Below, one piece after another: positions 43,601-50,364 of a stretch of 64,000 nt of DNA. The position numbers were made by a program, and so were the translations under genes. Position 1 is the first letter of the stretch. Every line of letters starts with the position of its first letter. The notes under the pieces are model-generated. The model was given only the letters and a program-made list of their open reading frames with translations, made no database searches and was not told the origin of the DNA. This stretch comes from Candidatus Obscuribacteraceae bacterium (GTDB lineage: Bacteria > Cyanobacteriota > Vampirovibrionia > Obscuribacterales > Obscuribacteraceae), in the NCBI GenBank assembly GCA_044226015.1, contig JBGAHS010000002.1:320001-384000 (forward strand). Direction: 5' to 3'.

Positions 43601-43868
43601 AGCCATTCTTCGGGATGAGATTGGAAATGACAATCCGAGCTCATCGACTGTTGCCACTCGCAACACGCATGTGTTGAATCTGCGAGATGGACTGACAGCT
43701 CATTTCAGCGAATTCTCAATGCTCTCTGCGATGGCAAACGACCATACACTTCGAGCATTAAGCCAATCGAAATCGAAAGAGGATCGCAGACATTTCGATC
43801 AGATTGCGAAAAATGCATGCATCATTGGTTCGCTGACAATCAAGAAGGGTCCTTACAGGGCAAACTAG
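34650..43868 (+). CDS. Giant (3072 aa) secreted Gly-rich surface protein with beta-helix-like N-terminus and globular C-terminal domain
   Basis: Uninterrupted 9.2-kb ORF; signal-like N-terminus ending CAHA-EQ; Asn/Thr/Ile hemagglutinin-like region; about 2200 aa of GGxGGxG runs alternating with beta-strand blocks. Confidence 0.88.
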   Translation: MKKRLKKRISKRKTMSFAALVTLVNSFPNCAHAEQGVPLQPVLVSLTTNTKAQSGVTIQSNTAVLDVSNTPVTRINGNLTNHGTLYVVSTNPQVDVAKIIAQNIFNTHGATITTVLPTGGIQGFESAIPNLSLTLAAIRNIVNNGIISSAGNLNLVAGGTITNAPSASATQASAALQATNNINILASSIINHGVIASQLGNVALANASTYTATVQQLGLSNISSMLSKTISINNNAGLISALNGQVCVGSSNLLAKSTLTMIGGTIDSPTINFDSGNGALKAFLNNATGTVNVAGLNAQFGTTSPTLTLGSLNITGDPTFFNTGNISIISDIIVPENLAIIAGGNITAASPVTIATTDANGQGHDVYIVAGAAFTLAGNPTPSSTLLTGGTPLTSAQRVNVIGASATGGTISLGNSVINTSSGAGDRNGGAITLVAYPQQVLSNPQTGGIENVNILTGGSGKGNNGAINVIAGGSIGATNIAIRQVQVTNTGGSGLKPGAINFNAALPQGKPSFNDHGIASATFSPSITPTQYDISIDRILTNDGGAINVVTGGKVTSSSKIDSSGIVSGRNGGDVTISGALVNISAPIYASGSAGIPGTNSAAGIAGGAGQDGGSGGRISITGNNGITIDADIISNGGAGGKGGQGGDGAKVNQAGAIGGAGGLGGGGGSISLETKDASITLNALATLSMNGGRGGDGGDGGLGAAVVPGGAGTAGGSGGAAGLSGDGGMFQSLSGNGTVSFSGTITAIGAAGAIGGAGKDGKGGTKGGAGGSSGSSSNGGDGGMVSISSNAGNINFGVLDFSGGAGGDSSAAGDGGDANGGTSSFGGDGGRLSSAGSGGDGGRMSIISKTGAVSFLNNVAAGGAIGGSMLGLSGKGGIGSGTGGFGGAVLDAGSGGSGGSLFVKTAGTVSTSGLLTFTGGQGGVISASAGAGGDGLTGRAGGSLGKAGSGGKGGDVSLTSSSNSITVVSTIDSSGGKAGDSAGTSGAGGAAKTGFAGGGGNIGMGGSGGKGGSISLSSAAVITVTGDLFAVGGYGTVQSGVAAAGGDSAGTQSGAGGDGGDIASTGDGGDGGRISLSAKGDVIITNINASGGHGGDMNGVAGNAGDGKVGGAGGSVGNSGSGGSNGAVSITTNNLLPPGLINVDNHYIQANGGDAGNYEAKGGNGGNGTAGVGGVGGSLGSQGKGGGGGNIYLSGYDFKLNPGGFILAQGGNTLGYELTKGSSGNGGNGGGTGSANGGNGGLVGSAGDGGSGGIIQLDIKNTIFIDNGGNQFFDSIGARGGGVGNFSPRSGKGGNAGSGNGNGGNGGNIGANGNGGAGGSITINGDQGDITGTTAFGTIATTGGYLFGNYALSGAGGNAGKKGIGGKSGSIANNGDAGKAGDIKISTGAGNINLTPLVAVGGDILFGYSPTTGDGGTGGSISGNGGNSGSIGNNGKGGKGGNITVSTKTGDIGTAGNVGASFLSPGGRISTLENSSPTTGRGGDAIDGNGGSSGSIGTNGAGGDGGSVTLKSDSGKITLTKAGTIATGGDGGTFLAHTGDGGNSTTARAGSSGNIDKNSGGGKGGQITITSKTGDVTNAGILVVQGGSAYGNQSVTGNGGISLQDTGGTSGNIGRGGDGGNGGDIILFSGGNINNQEALIAAGGNAASETYKPITGNGGNGAIKGGNSGFIDAAGSAGGGGTIKVVSTGSTALNLDRLLVDGGFSGFLTLFTPTKVNMEGQTGKGGNGAVGGDAGRVGDAATGGKAGEITLIVQTSIDKVSSLGASGGFGGDQKGIGGEGGTGTRTGGKGGAVGGGGGGGGGGLITVESADGPSIQIRDLVATGGAGGNNSGKGGRGGDATESTGAAGAGGKVDTAGDGGTGGEADISILNLIGPTSITAYADSKTGADAWNMSGGSGGKQTGIGGIGGNGMGGITGTKDSVGGAGGIVERSGGGGDGGTLKVSLPAGLLTIFDVTITGGNSGENSGKGGNGGYASGLKTGGKGGDVNGQGPAGAGGTFKFSGADIFIEPKETTPPTLTETFNLNGGNAGIYTAVSGKGGAGGGPGGDGGNINAGGFAGIGGTFEISASNSVTFQDSTISVNGGNRLSISVTAGDGGNGGRSKIAGAGGDGGGIKSNGGAGKAGSISISSLESDVTAKGSPVLLANGGDSSAGTFTSGNGGTGYLLGRGGNGGDIAAGPSAAGEGTVSISAKGNIQLPTINLIGGSIISTFVATSGNGGTGGTQEGNGGNGGPIASNGDAGKGGTLTLKTGDDKSKVSGDILITDINVNGGSVGDMLVISGNGGNAATKLGQTFTGGQGGVIQNNGNGGDGGSIGIITAGAVAASGNWTAIGGNVGNFNGTGGNGGSGTPAVVDSKDSVTQGGSGGGAGILGKNGLGGSGGSVKIEAKSLDISFTNELKAYGGNVGNYKGVSGNGGDGGAGGGDGGLLGSGGTAGFGGIVDISAENGDISTVSINVNAGLIGTYSATAGNAGYSPRTGGVGGSTGDAGSGAGGGKVVLSTQGGAVTITGSVTANGSAGADNSASNKASNGSDGLLKGGNGGSTGSSGDGGSGGRIEVTSKNSSVSITGDLFANSAAGGNQAGIAGKGGNASTKISKPDTGIAGSGGAVAISGAGGQNSLKGVLIGIELTSGTTLTVGGGIQSNGANGGANTGHAGDGGTALRVGGIGGNLGGTGAGSNAGAIKLTAPTISVTGNISGNGGSGGSQVGGVAGNGGNATGPDGIGGNGGKVISTGSGGNGATIVVTASVDPGLKAQSSFAAGLVGAQIPGTIGGLGGTGAKQNGLNGVIENFGKNGTNGSYTFNILTLNEWNTEDSNEHDLRKRKMRPSLIAIDSRKHSYSDYVQIPDETASELKEIGFVQLVTPPPVSTLQMVVSQRDGLNTLIETERLSPEAAQKLAAHGVSIAVGSGDESYVLKYGSIMFAPTHNIVVRTNAGKFSIAGGSKVIVTASDHETIVRNLHDRKIGDVCVFNGTRRIAIELGMQAILRDEIGNDNPSSSTVATRNTHVLNLRDGLTAHFSEFSMLSAMANDHTLRALSQSKSKEDRRHFDQIAKNACIIGSLTIKKGPYRAN

Positions 43869-43898
43869 TCAACCCAACTAAACATGTTTAGTTCAGGC

Positions 43899-43936
43899 AA
43901 CAGACTCTTCCGACAAAAGAGTCTGTTTACTTTTTC
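43899..43936 (+). terminator. Rho-independent terminator
   Basis: AACAGACTCT-loop-AGAGTCTGTT followed by TACTTTTT. Confidence 0.7.
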
Positions 43937-43937
43937 A

Positions 43938-44170
43938 GAAAATTTTCGCCCTCTTGGCGGGCAGAAAAAACTTCAGAACTCCATCGGTACCGGTGGAGTT
44001 TTCAAAATTATCTTCGCCTCTTGGCGGGCAGAAAAACCTTAGTACTCCACCGGTACCGGTGGAGTTTTCAAAATTATCCGCGCCTCTTGGCGGGCAGAAA
44101 AACCTTAGTACTCCACCGGTACCGGTGGAGTTTTCAGATTTGTCTTCGCCCTCTTGGCTGGCAGAAAAAC
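43938..44170. repeat. About 3.5 copies of a 66-bp repeat with perfect 22-bp palindrome ACTCCACCGGTACCGGTGGAGT
   Basis: GGTACC cores at 43986, 44052, 44118; lies between convergent genes. Confidence 0.93.
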
Positions 44171-44211
44171 ATCGAGACACTCTAGATTACACAGCGAAGG
44201 TCCACGCGCAA

Positions 44212-44946
44212 TCAATGTTCTGTGGTAGGCATTTCAGCACTGGTTGGCACTTCCACTCTTAACCTGTAACCAACACCTGGTTCCGTAATCAAATGCTTCG
44301 GGTGAGCAGCGTTATCTTCCAATTTCTGCCGCAGTTGCCCCATGTAAACGCGCAAATAATGATTCTCATCAGAGTAAGCGTCACCCCAAACTTCTTTCAA
44401 CAACTGTCTGTGAGTAAGTACTTTGCCAGCATGTCGCACCAGCAATGTAAGAAGCTTGTACTCAATTGGAGTCAGATGTAACTCTTTTCCGTCCTTTAGA
44501 ATCTGCCTTTTAGCGAGATCGATATTGATATTTCCAAACGCAAAACTTGTCTCGATGGTGTCAGGCTTTATTCGATCATTGTGCCGTAAAGCAACTCGCA
44601 ACCTTGCAAGCAATTCACCGGTACCAAATGGCTTGGTCAAATAGTCATCGGCCCCAGCATCCAGCGCGGAAATCTTATCTCCTTCTTGACCGCGAGCCGA
44701 CAGAACAATTACAGGAACCGGACACCACTCACGCAACTGTTTGGTGAAATCCAACCCATCCATATCAGGCAAACCAAGGTCTAGAATTATTACGTCCGGC
44801 TTTTCAGTGGCTGCAAGCATCAACCCTTCCTGCCCTGCCGCAGCTTCAATCAATTTGTAACCATTCGAACTCAATGTAACGCGCAAAAATCTGCGAATTT
44901 GTTGTTCGTCTTCAACCAGCAAAATTTTAGGTTCTGAATCTGTCAT
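44212..44946 (-). CDS. kdpE: KdpE response regulator
   Basis: ILDLGLPDMDG, ALDAGADDYLTKPF, HLTPIEYKLL..L.RHAGKVLTHRQLLKEVWG, HYLRVYMGQLRQKLE, ITEPGVGYR. Confidence 0.92.
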   Translation of the reverse strand: MTDSEPKILLVEDEQQIRRFLRVTLSSNGYKLIEAAAGQEGLMLAATEKPDVIILDLGLPDMDGLDFTKQLREWCPVPVIVLSARGQEGDKISALDAGADDYLTKPFGTGELLARLRVALRHNDRIKPDTIETSFAFGNINIDLAKRQILKDGKELHLTPIEYKLLTLLVRHAGKVLTHRQLLKEVWGDAYSDENHYLRVYMGQLRQKLEDNAAHPKHLITEPGVGYRLRVEVPTSAEMPTTEH

Positions 44947-44962
44947 ATTGTTTTAGCATGGA

Positions 44963-46795
44963 CTAGGACGGGTCCGCGGCTCCTCCCTGTTCATCGTCGC
45001 CAGTACGCGTGACCTCAGTCGTTATCTTAGTTGAAGTGTCACCAACGGCTGTTTCGCTGCCGGAAGCCCCCCCGGCAGACTGCACCATTCTTTCAGCACT
45101 CGCCTCAGCAAGCGCAGCATCCGACAATGATTCACCAGCTGCTCTTGGCGTAGTAGGCGCCCCAGCCTCTTCTGACGATGCCGACATCACAATTTTCTGT
45201 TCGCCAGAATCAGCAGACACCACCCGCGGTGCCGACGTAGAATCAGCAGGAAAAATACTTTCGTCCTCATGAAGAAACTCAGGAGCCTCGCCTTCAAGCG
45301 GCAAACGAATGGTAAACTCGGCGCCCCCGCCTTCTCGGTTGGCTACAGCGATCGAGCCACCATGAACTCGGGAAATCGCATAACAAATCGCTAGCCCAAG
45401 TCCAACACCCATTTGCGCATTCACAGCGTTTGCAGAGCGGTAAAATTTAGTGAAGATGTTCTGCTCTTCACCAATGATGATGCCAGGACCCCTGTCACCA
45501 ACCTTGAGCAGAACGTACTTGCCATCAGCATCCTCACCTTGATTTGCTTCAATGTCTATGGGTGAGCCTGCTGGAGTGTACCGCACTGCATTCTCAAGCA
45601 AGTTCAAAAGGACTTGCTGCATCAAGATTTCATCGAGCGGAACCAGAGGCAGATCTGGCGGCAATACTATGTTGACCTGCCGCCTTTGCAAGTACCGTTC
45701 CATTCGAGTCAAACTAGCACCAACCAGCTCTTCGATTGAATACCAGCTTCTTTGAACTTTCAAAGTTCCTGACTCGAGGCGCGTCATATCAAGCAAGTTG
45801 CGCACGAGGCTGTTCAAGTGCTCTGACTCTTCCAAAATAACTTGAGCCAGTTCAGTCTTCTGCGCTTCAGAAAGTGAGGAGGCGCTCTCTGCAAGGCTGC
45901 TGCTAGCACCAGTTATGGTGGCAAGCGGAGTGCGCAAATCATGCGAGACCGAACTCAAAAGCGCATTTCGCAACTGCTCCCGCTCTACTTGAATCGTAGC
46001 TTTCTGTGCCGTTTCAGAAAGAGTGGCAACTTCCATACAAAGAGCTGTATGATTCACGAAATTTTCTAACAACTCCATGTCGTCAGAAAGTCCGCGAGTC
46101 TCGCCGCGCGGTGACACCTGCAGAACGCCTAGCACGCCCTTGCCCGCAATTAGTGGCAAATAGAGAGAATTCGCTTGCGGAAAAGCTCCCCGCCCCAGCC
46201 CACAAATTTCAGCGTTTTTGAACACCCAACTGGCTACTTCGTTCTCGGGTCTTTCTAATTTTTCCAAGCCCTTATCTGCGGTGTACTCGTTAATCTTGCC
46301 ATCAGCATCAAGCAAATAAATTCCGACCATGGCATCAAACATAGTTCGCACATGGCGAATCGCTACCTCAACGATGCGATCACGTCCACGAGTCAGCGAC
46401 AATTCTGTACTAAATTTGCGCATAGCTTCGCTGCGCTTCTCACGCAAGCGACCTAATTCTGCCTGATCTTGCAGCTCTGCAGTGAGTGTCGAGATCAGAA
46501 TGGCTATAGTCAACATTACCGTGAAGGTAATAACGAATTGCCAATCTCCAATCAGAAATGAGTATTTCGGATGCACACAGAAATAGTCGAAGCCTGCCAC
46601 GCTGAGAAATGAAGCCAAAATGGACGGACCACGACCAAAACGGGTCGCAATATAAACGATTGAAAGCAGATAGAACATTACGAGGCTTGAGTGATCAAGA
46701 TAGCGAGAAGCCGACCAACACAGCGCGGTGGCGATGCTCGTTAAAATTACTGTTGCCAAGTACCCCATGACAGCCTCGTGAACTGACATCTCCAT
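44963..46795 (-). CDS. kdpD: KdpD-like sensor kinase (4-TM DUF4118 - GAF - HisKA - HATPase) lacking the N-terminal KdpD/USP domains
   Basis: FDYFCVHPKYSF TM block, EREQLRNALLSSVSHDLRTPL, NLLENA, GLGLAIC; directly upstream of kdpE. Confidence 0.85.
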   Translation of the reverse strand: MEMSVHEAVMGYLATVILTSIATALCWSASRYLDHSSLVMFYLLSIVYIATRFGRGPSILASFLSVAGFDYFCVHPKYSFLIGDWQFVITFTVMLTIAILISTLTAELQDQAELGRLREKRSEAMRKFSTELSLTRGRDRIVEVAIRHVRTMFDAMVGIYLLDADGKINEYTADKGLEKLERPENEVASWVFKNAEICGLGRGAFPQANSLYLPLIAGKGVLGVLQVSPRGETRGLSDDMELLENFVNHTALCMEVATLSETAQKATIQVEREQLRNALLSSVSHDLRTPLATITGASSSLAESASSLSEAQKTELAQVILEESEHLNSLVRNLLDMTRLESGTLKVQRSWYSIEELVGASLTRMERYLQRRQVNIVLPPDLPLVPLDEILMQQVLLNLLENAVRYTPAGSPIDIEANQGEDADGKYVLLKVGDRGPGIIIGEEQNIFTKFYRSANAVNAQMGVGLGLAICYAISRVHGGSIAVANREGGGAEFTIRLPLEGEAPEFLHEDESIFPADSTSAPRVVSADSGEQKIVMSASSEEAGAPTTPRAAGESLSDAALAEASAERMVQSAGGASGSETAVGDTSTKITTEVTRTGDDEQGGAADPS

Positions 46796-46938
46796 TATCC
46801 CTTATTGACTGCCAAATCAGGGCTCAGAGCGCGAATTGGGCCATTGATGGAAACAATATGAGACTGCAGTTTGTGACGCATAACCTGAGACAGAGCTGGG
46901 AATATGAGTCTCAGTGGCTCTACATAGGCTTGGATTAA

Positions 46939-49044
46939 ATGGAAAAGATCGCAAAGAGAACAAGCAGCTCCGCATCATTGTTGCTGGGAGATCTGCTTAT
47001 AAAAGCAAACTTGATAGGCAGACAGGAGTTTGCTGACGCACTTCCAATTTCATTAAAAACAGGTCTTCCAGTAGGTCGCATCCTCATCGGCTCTGGTCAG
47101 GTAAAAGAAAAGACGATGCAAGCCGTTCTTTTCGCGCAATCTCTGGTACGCGACAGACTGCTCGATGAAGAAACAGCAGTCAAAGCAATCGTAATGGTTA
47201 ATGAAGAAACCTGCGATTGGGAAATGGCGCTAAAAAACTTGGGCTGGAAATCCGAATCATATGAGCAAACAAACCGTCTTGGCGAACTTTTCCTCGAAGC
47301 CGGGCTGATCACCGACGCCCAACTTCAAGGCGGACTCGATGCATTTTTCTCGACTGGGCTGCCGCTTGCAAGAGTTCTTGTACTGCAGGGCATTATTGAC
47401 ACACATATCGCATTTGCAGCATTGACTGCACAAAAGCTGGTTCGAGACGGGGCAATTACCCGCCCACAGGCGATTGCCGCTCTGCGCTCTGCCAAAGTCA
47501 ACAACACCACGCTGGAAGATTCACTGGGCTATAACGGCATTGTAGGACCAGAGCCAGTTAATGTGATTCGACTGGGTGAACTGCTTGCACTGGCAAATGC
47601 TGTCAGCGACATCGATTTGATAGATGGGGTAGAACGCTCCATCAAAAATAATGAGCTTATTGGCGAAACAATGGTGACAACGGGTCATCTCTCTAAATAC
47701 TTGCTAGATGCCGCACTCGAGTTACAGAAGATGGCTACAATTGGAAAAATTGAGCCGTCAGCCGCAGGCTCAGCATTGCGCAGAATCTATACAACAGGAA
47801 TCACGGTAGACGAAGCACTAGAAGAGCTCGAATCGCCAGCCGCGACAAGACGCAAGTTGCTTGGACTCGAAGAAAGCGGAGTGCCTTCACACGCGAGATC
47901 CCGAAAAACAGGCAATCACAAACTTCCAAAAGCTCAAGATAACACGAACATTGCTGCGCAAGAGCTTTCGAAAACCAGAGAGATAGACATTATTGCACCG
48001 CAAGACCTCACTAAAACTCGCGAGCTCGATATTGTTCGACCGAGAAATAAAAATGCAGAAGCAGCTCAAGTCGAACCAAAAGACCTGCAAAAAACCATGG
48101 AACTTGACATAGCTATGGTGCCAAATCTGAAAGGTCCAGCAGACAAGAACGAATCTGGCGATGAATTCGTCCCGGCAGAAGAGTTGGCAATCTTGCTCGG
48201 CATTCCGTATAAAGCCGTAGTGAAACGTTTGAAGAAAGGCGCTATCTCAGGCATCCAGCGAAATGGAAAATGGTTTGGCAAATACGAAGAGGAGAATTTG
48301 TCTGATGAGGAAAATGCCAAAATAGATTTCCTTGAGCAAACTATTTTGTCACATCCAGGAGCACAGAAAGACGAGGCAGGAAAAGCTTCCGCAAACAAAG
48401 GAAGAAAAGGACAGGAAGAAGAGTTGCTTGCAAAAGCTAGCGAAGTAATTGATAACATCTGGCAAAAACGTAAATCTCAGGCTAGCTCCGAAGACAAAGT
48501 TGTAGTGGAGATACTCTCCGAACATAGCGACAACAACGAGTTTTTGCAAAAAAGCTCCCACAGCGCAGATTTGCTAGGAGGCAGCGGCGGAAGAGGTGGA
48601 AGTGGCGAAAAGCCCAGTAGGAATCTAATGGATCTGGGCAAGATTCTTGCCAATGAGATGCTAGCTCAGCCGATTCCACCGGACGCTATGGAAAAGATGG
48701 GCGGACTTCAGTACAACATTCCTTTTGGTTACGAACTCAATGCCACAGGTGAATTGTCACCAAGAAAAAATAAATCAACAAGCAAGAAAAAATACCGGTT
48801 CCCTCGCATGGGCAAATCAAGATCTAGCGACAACGCAGCGCAAATGGCGTTTCTCGACAAGCTACTTTCGCGAATTGAGGAACTCAGCCATAGAAACGGT
48901 TATCTTGAAGGCAAACTAGAGGCTCTCACAAACGGACAACTGGAAGGCGCTCCACTGCAAAAAGCAAGGGTACATGCTCCGAAGCGCAAGGTAATAAATG
49001 TCACCTGCGAACAAGACCTCGACGAAGCTGAGTGGATTGATTAG
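46939..49044 (+). CDS. Multi-MshEN-like domain protein with a putative excisionase-type HTH
   Basis: LLGDLLIKANLI, RLGELFLEAGLIT, RLGELLALANAVS; EELAILLGIPYKAVVKRLKKGAISGIQRNGKWF; C-terminal coiled coil. Confidence 0.72.
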   Translation: MEKIAKRTSSSASLLLGDLLIKANLIGRQEFADALPISLKTGLPVGRILIGSGQVKEKTMQAVLFAQSLVRDRLLDEETAVKAIVMVNEETCDWEMALKNLGWKSESYEQTNRLGELFLEAGLITDAQLQGGLDAFFSTGLPLARVLVLQGIIDTHIAFAALTAQKLVRDGAITRPQAIAALRSAKVNNTTLEDSLGYNGIVGPEPVNVIRLGELLALANAVSDIDLIDGVERSIKNNELIGETMVTTGHLSKYLLDAALELQKMATIGKIEPSAAGSALRRIYTTGITVDEALEELESPAATRRKLLGLEESGVPSHARSRKTGNHKLPKAQDNTNIAAQELSKTREIDIIAPQDLTKTRELDIVRPRNKNAEAAQVEPKDLQKTMELDIAMVPNLKGPADKNESGDEFVPAEELAILLGIPYKAVVKRLKKGAISGIQRNGKWFGKYEEENLSDEENAKIDFLEQTILSHPGAQKDEAGKASANKGRKGQEEELLAKASEVIDNIWQKRKSQASSEDKVVVEILSEHSDNNEFLQKSSHSADLLGGSGGRGGSGEKPSRNLMDLGKILANEMLAQPIPPDAMEKMGGLQYNIPFGYELNATGELSPRKNKSTSKKKYRFPRMGKSRSSDNAAQMAFLDKLLSRIEELSHRNGYLEGKLEALTNGQLEGAPLQKARVHAPKRKVINVTCEQDLDEAEWID

Positions 49045-49204
49045 CAAACGCAAACCAGACCTCGACGAAGTTGATTAGTAGCCGCACGGATTGATTCGCC
49101 AAGCCACACGACGACTCGAGAACGCAGTTCGGATTGATTCGCCGACAAAGCCACACAACGACTCGACAAAACCGCACGGATCGATTCACACAGCGCAACA
49201 CAAC

Positions 49205-50185
49205 TTATTTTGGCACGCAGATATCAACGCATCTGGTGGCAGATTTTTCTGTCTCAAGCTGTATGGTTGTGTGAGTGATACCAAAATCGTCTTGCAATAA
49301 ATCCTTCAGCCGATCCAGAAGCGCCTCAGTATCAGTACCGCGCGTGATAGTGACATGTCCAGACATAGCTATCATTCCAGATGTGATGGTCCACACATGA
49401 ATGTCGTGTACCGCTATAACATTCTCCACTCGCAAAACAGCGTCACTCAACTCTTGCAGGTTGACGTGCTCAGGAGCAGATTCCATCAGAATATCGATGG
49501 ATTCTTTCAATAGCCCCCAGGTGCGAATCAAAATGAAAACAGAAAGCAAACAGCTAATAACAGGGTCTGCCATATACCAGCCCGTGGTCATCATAATCAC
49601 AGCAGCAATTACAACACCGATGGAAGCAAGAAGGTCCGAAACAACCTCAAGATAAGCCGCACGAGTGTTCAGCGAATCTTTGTTATTTGCAGACAACAAA
49701 CGAATTGACACAATGTTAATGCACATTCCAATGAAAGCAACGACTAGCATAATCATGCTCTGAATTTCCGGCGGATGCGAGAATCGTTGAATAGCTTCAA
49801 GCAAGACAAAAATCGAAATAACAACGAGCAAAACTGAATTTGCAAGAGCCGCTAGAATTTCGCTGCGATGATATCCGTATGTTCGGGATGGACCCGCAGG
49901 ACGACTAGACAACCAGAAGGCAAAATTGGCTAGACCTAGAGCAGCCACGTCTCCCAGCATATGCCCGGCATCGGCAAGCAACGCCAAACTACCGGTAAGA
50001 ACACCAGTAACAGCCTCTACGATCATGAATGTTCCAGACAAACAAAGAACTGCTAGTAGTCGCTTGCGACCCATAGTGCGAACGTCACCGTGATGATGTC
50101 CATGTCCGTGACAAGGACCAGCCTTGCTATGACTGTCGTGATCGTGTTGTTCGTCGTGTTCGTGACTACCGTGTTCGTGTGTCAT
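49205..50185 (-). CDS. czcD: Cation diffusion facilitator (CzcD/ZitB-like) metal efflux transporter
   Basis: His-rich N-terminus, SLALLADAGHMLGD, TYGYHRSEIL, VHDIHVWTI, HTTIQLE. Confidence 0.93.
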   Translation of the reverse strand: MTHEHGSHEHDEQHDHDSHSKAGPCHGHGHHHGDVRTMGRKRLLAVLCLSGTFMIVEAVTGVLTGSLALLADAGHMLGDVAALGLANFAFWLSSRPAGPSRTYGYHRSEILAALANSVLLVVISIFVLLEAIQRFSHPPEIQSMIMLVVAFIGMCINIVSIRLLSANNKDSLNTRAAYLEVVSDLLASIGVVIAAVIMMTTGWYMADPVISCLLSVFILIRTWGLLKESIDILMESAPEHVNLQELSDAVLRVENVIAVHDIHVWTITSGMIAMSGHVTITRGTDTEALLDRLKDLLQDDFGITHTTIQLETEKSATRCVDICVPK

Positions 50186-50310
50186 GCCGATGCGCTTTCA
50201 TATTCCAACTATAAGGATATCAGAGCTTTCCTGATTTGATGAGTCAAGTTCAGAAATGCTTAGCTTTAGGGCACTTGCACGAATGAAAACAGTTTTCGCT
50301 TCAAAAAGAA

Positions 50311-50338
50311 ATGCCAGCAGTTTTTACACTGCTGGCAT
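50311..50338 (-). terminator. Rho-independent terminator
   Basis: ATGCCAGCAGT-loop-ACTGCTGGCAT followed by TTCTTTTT on the minus strand, downstream of 50365..52101. Confidence 0.7.
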
Positions 50339-50364
50339 GACATCAGCCCCCCGACTGATGAACT

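Noticed and set aside
44616..44625. CACCGGTACC inside kdpE matching the repeat-family core
   Set aside because: Encodes part of the conserved KPFGTGEL segment and lacks the flanking repeat sequence
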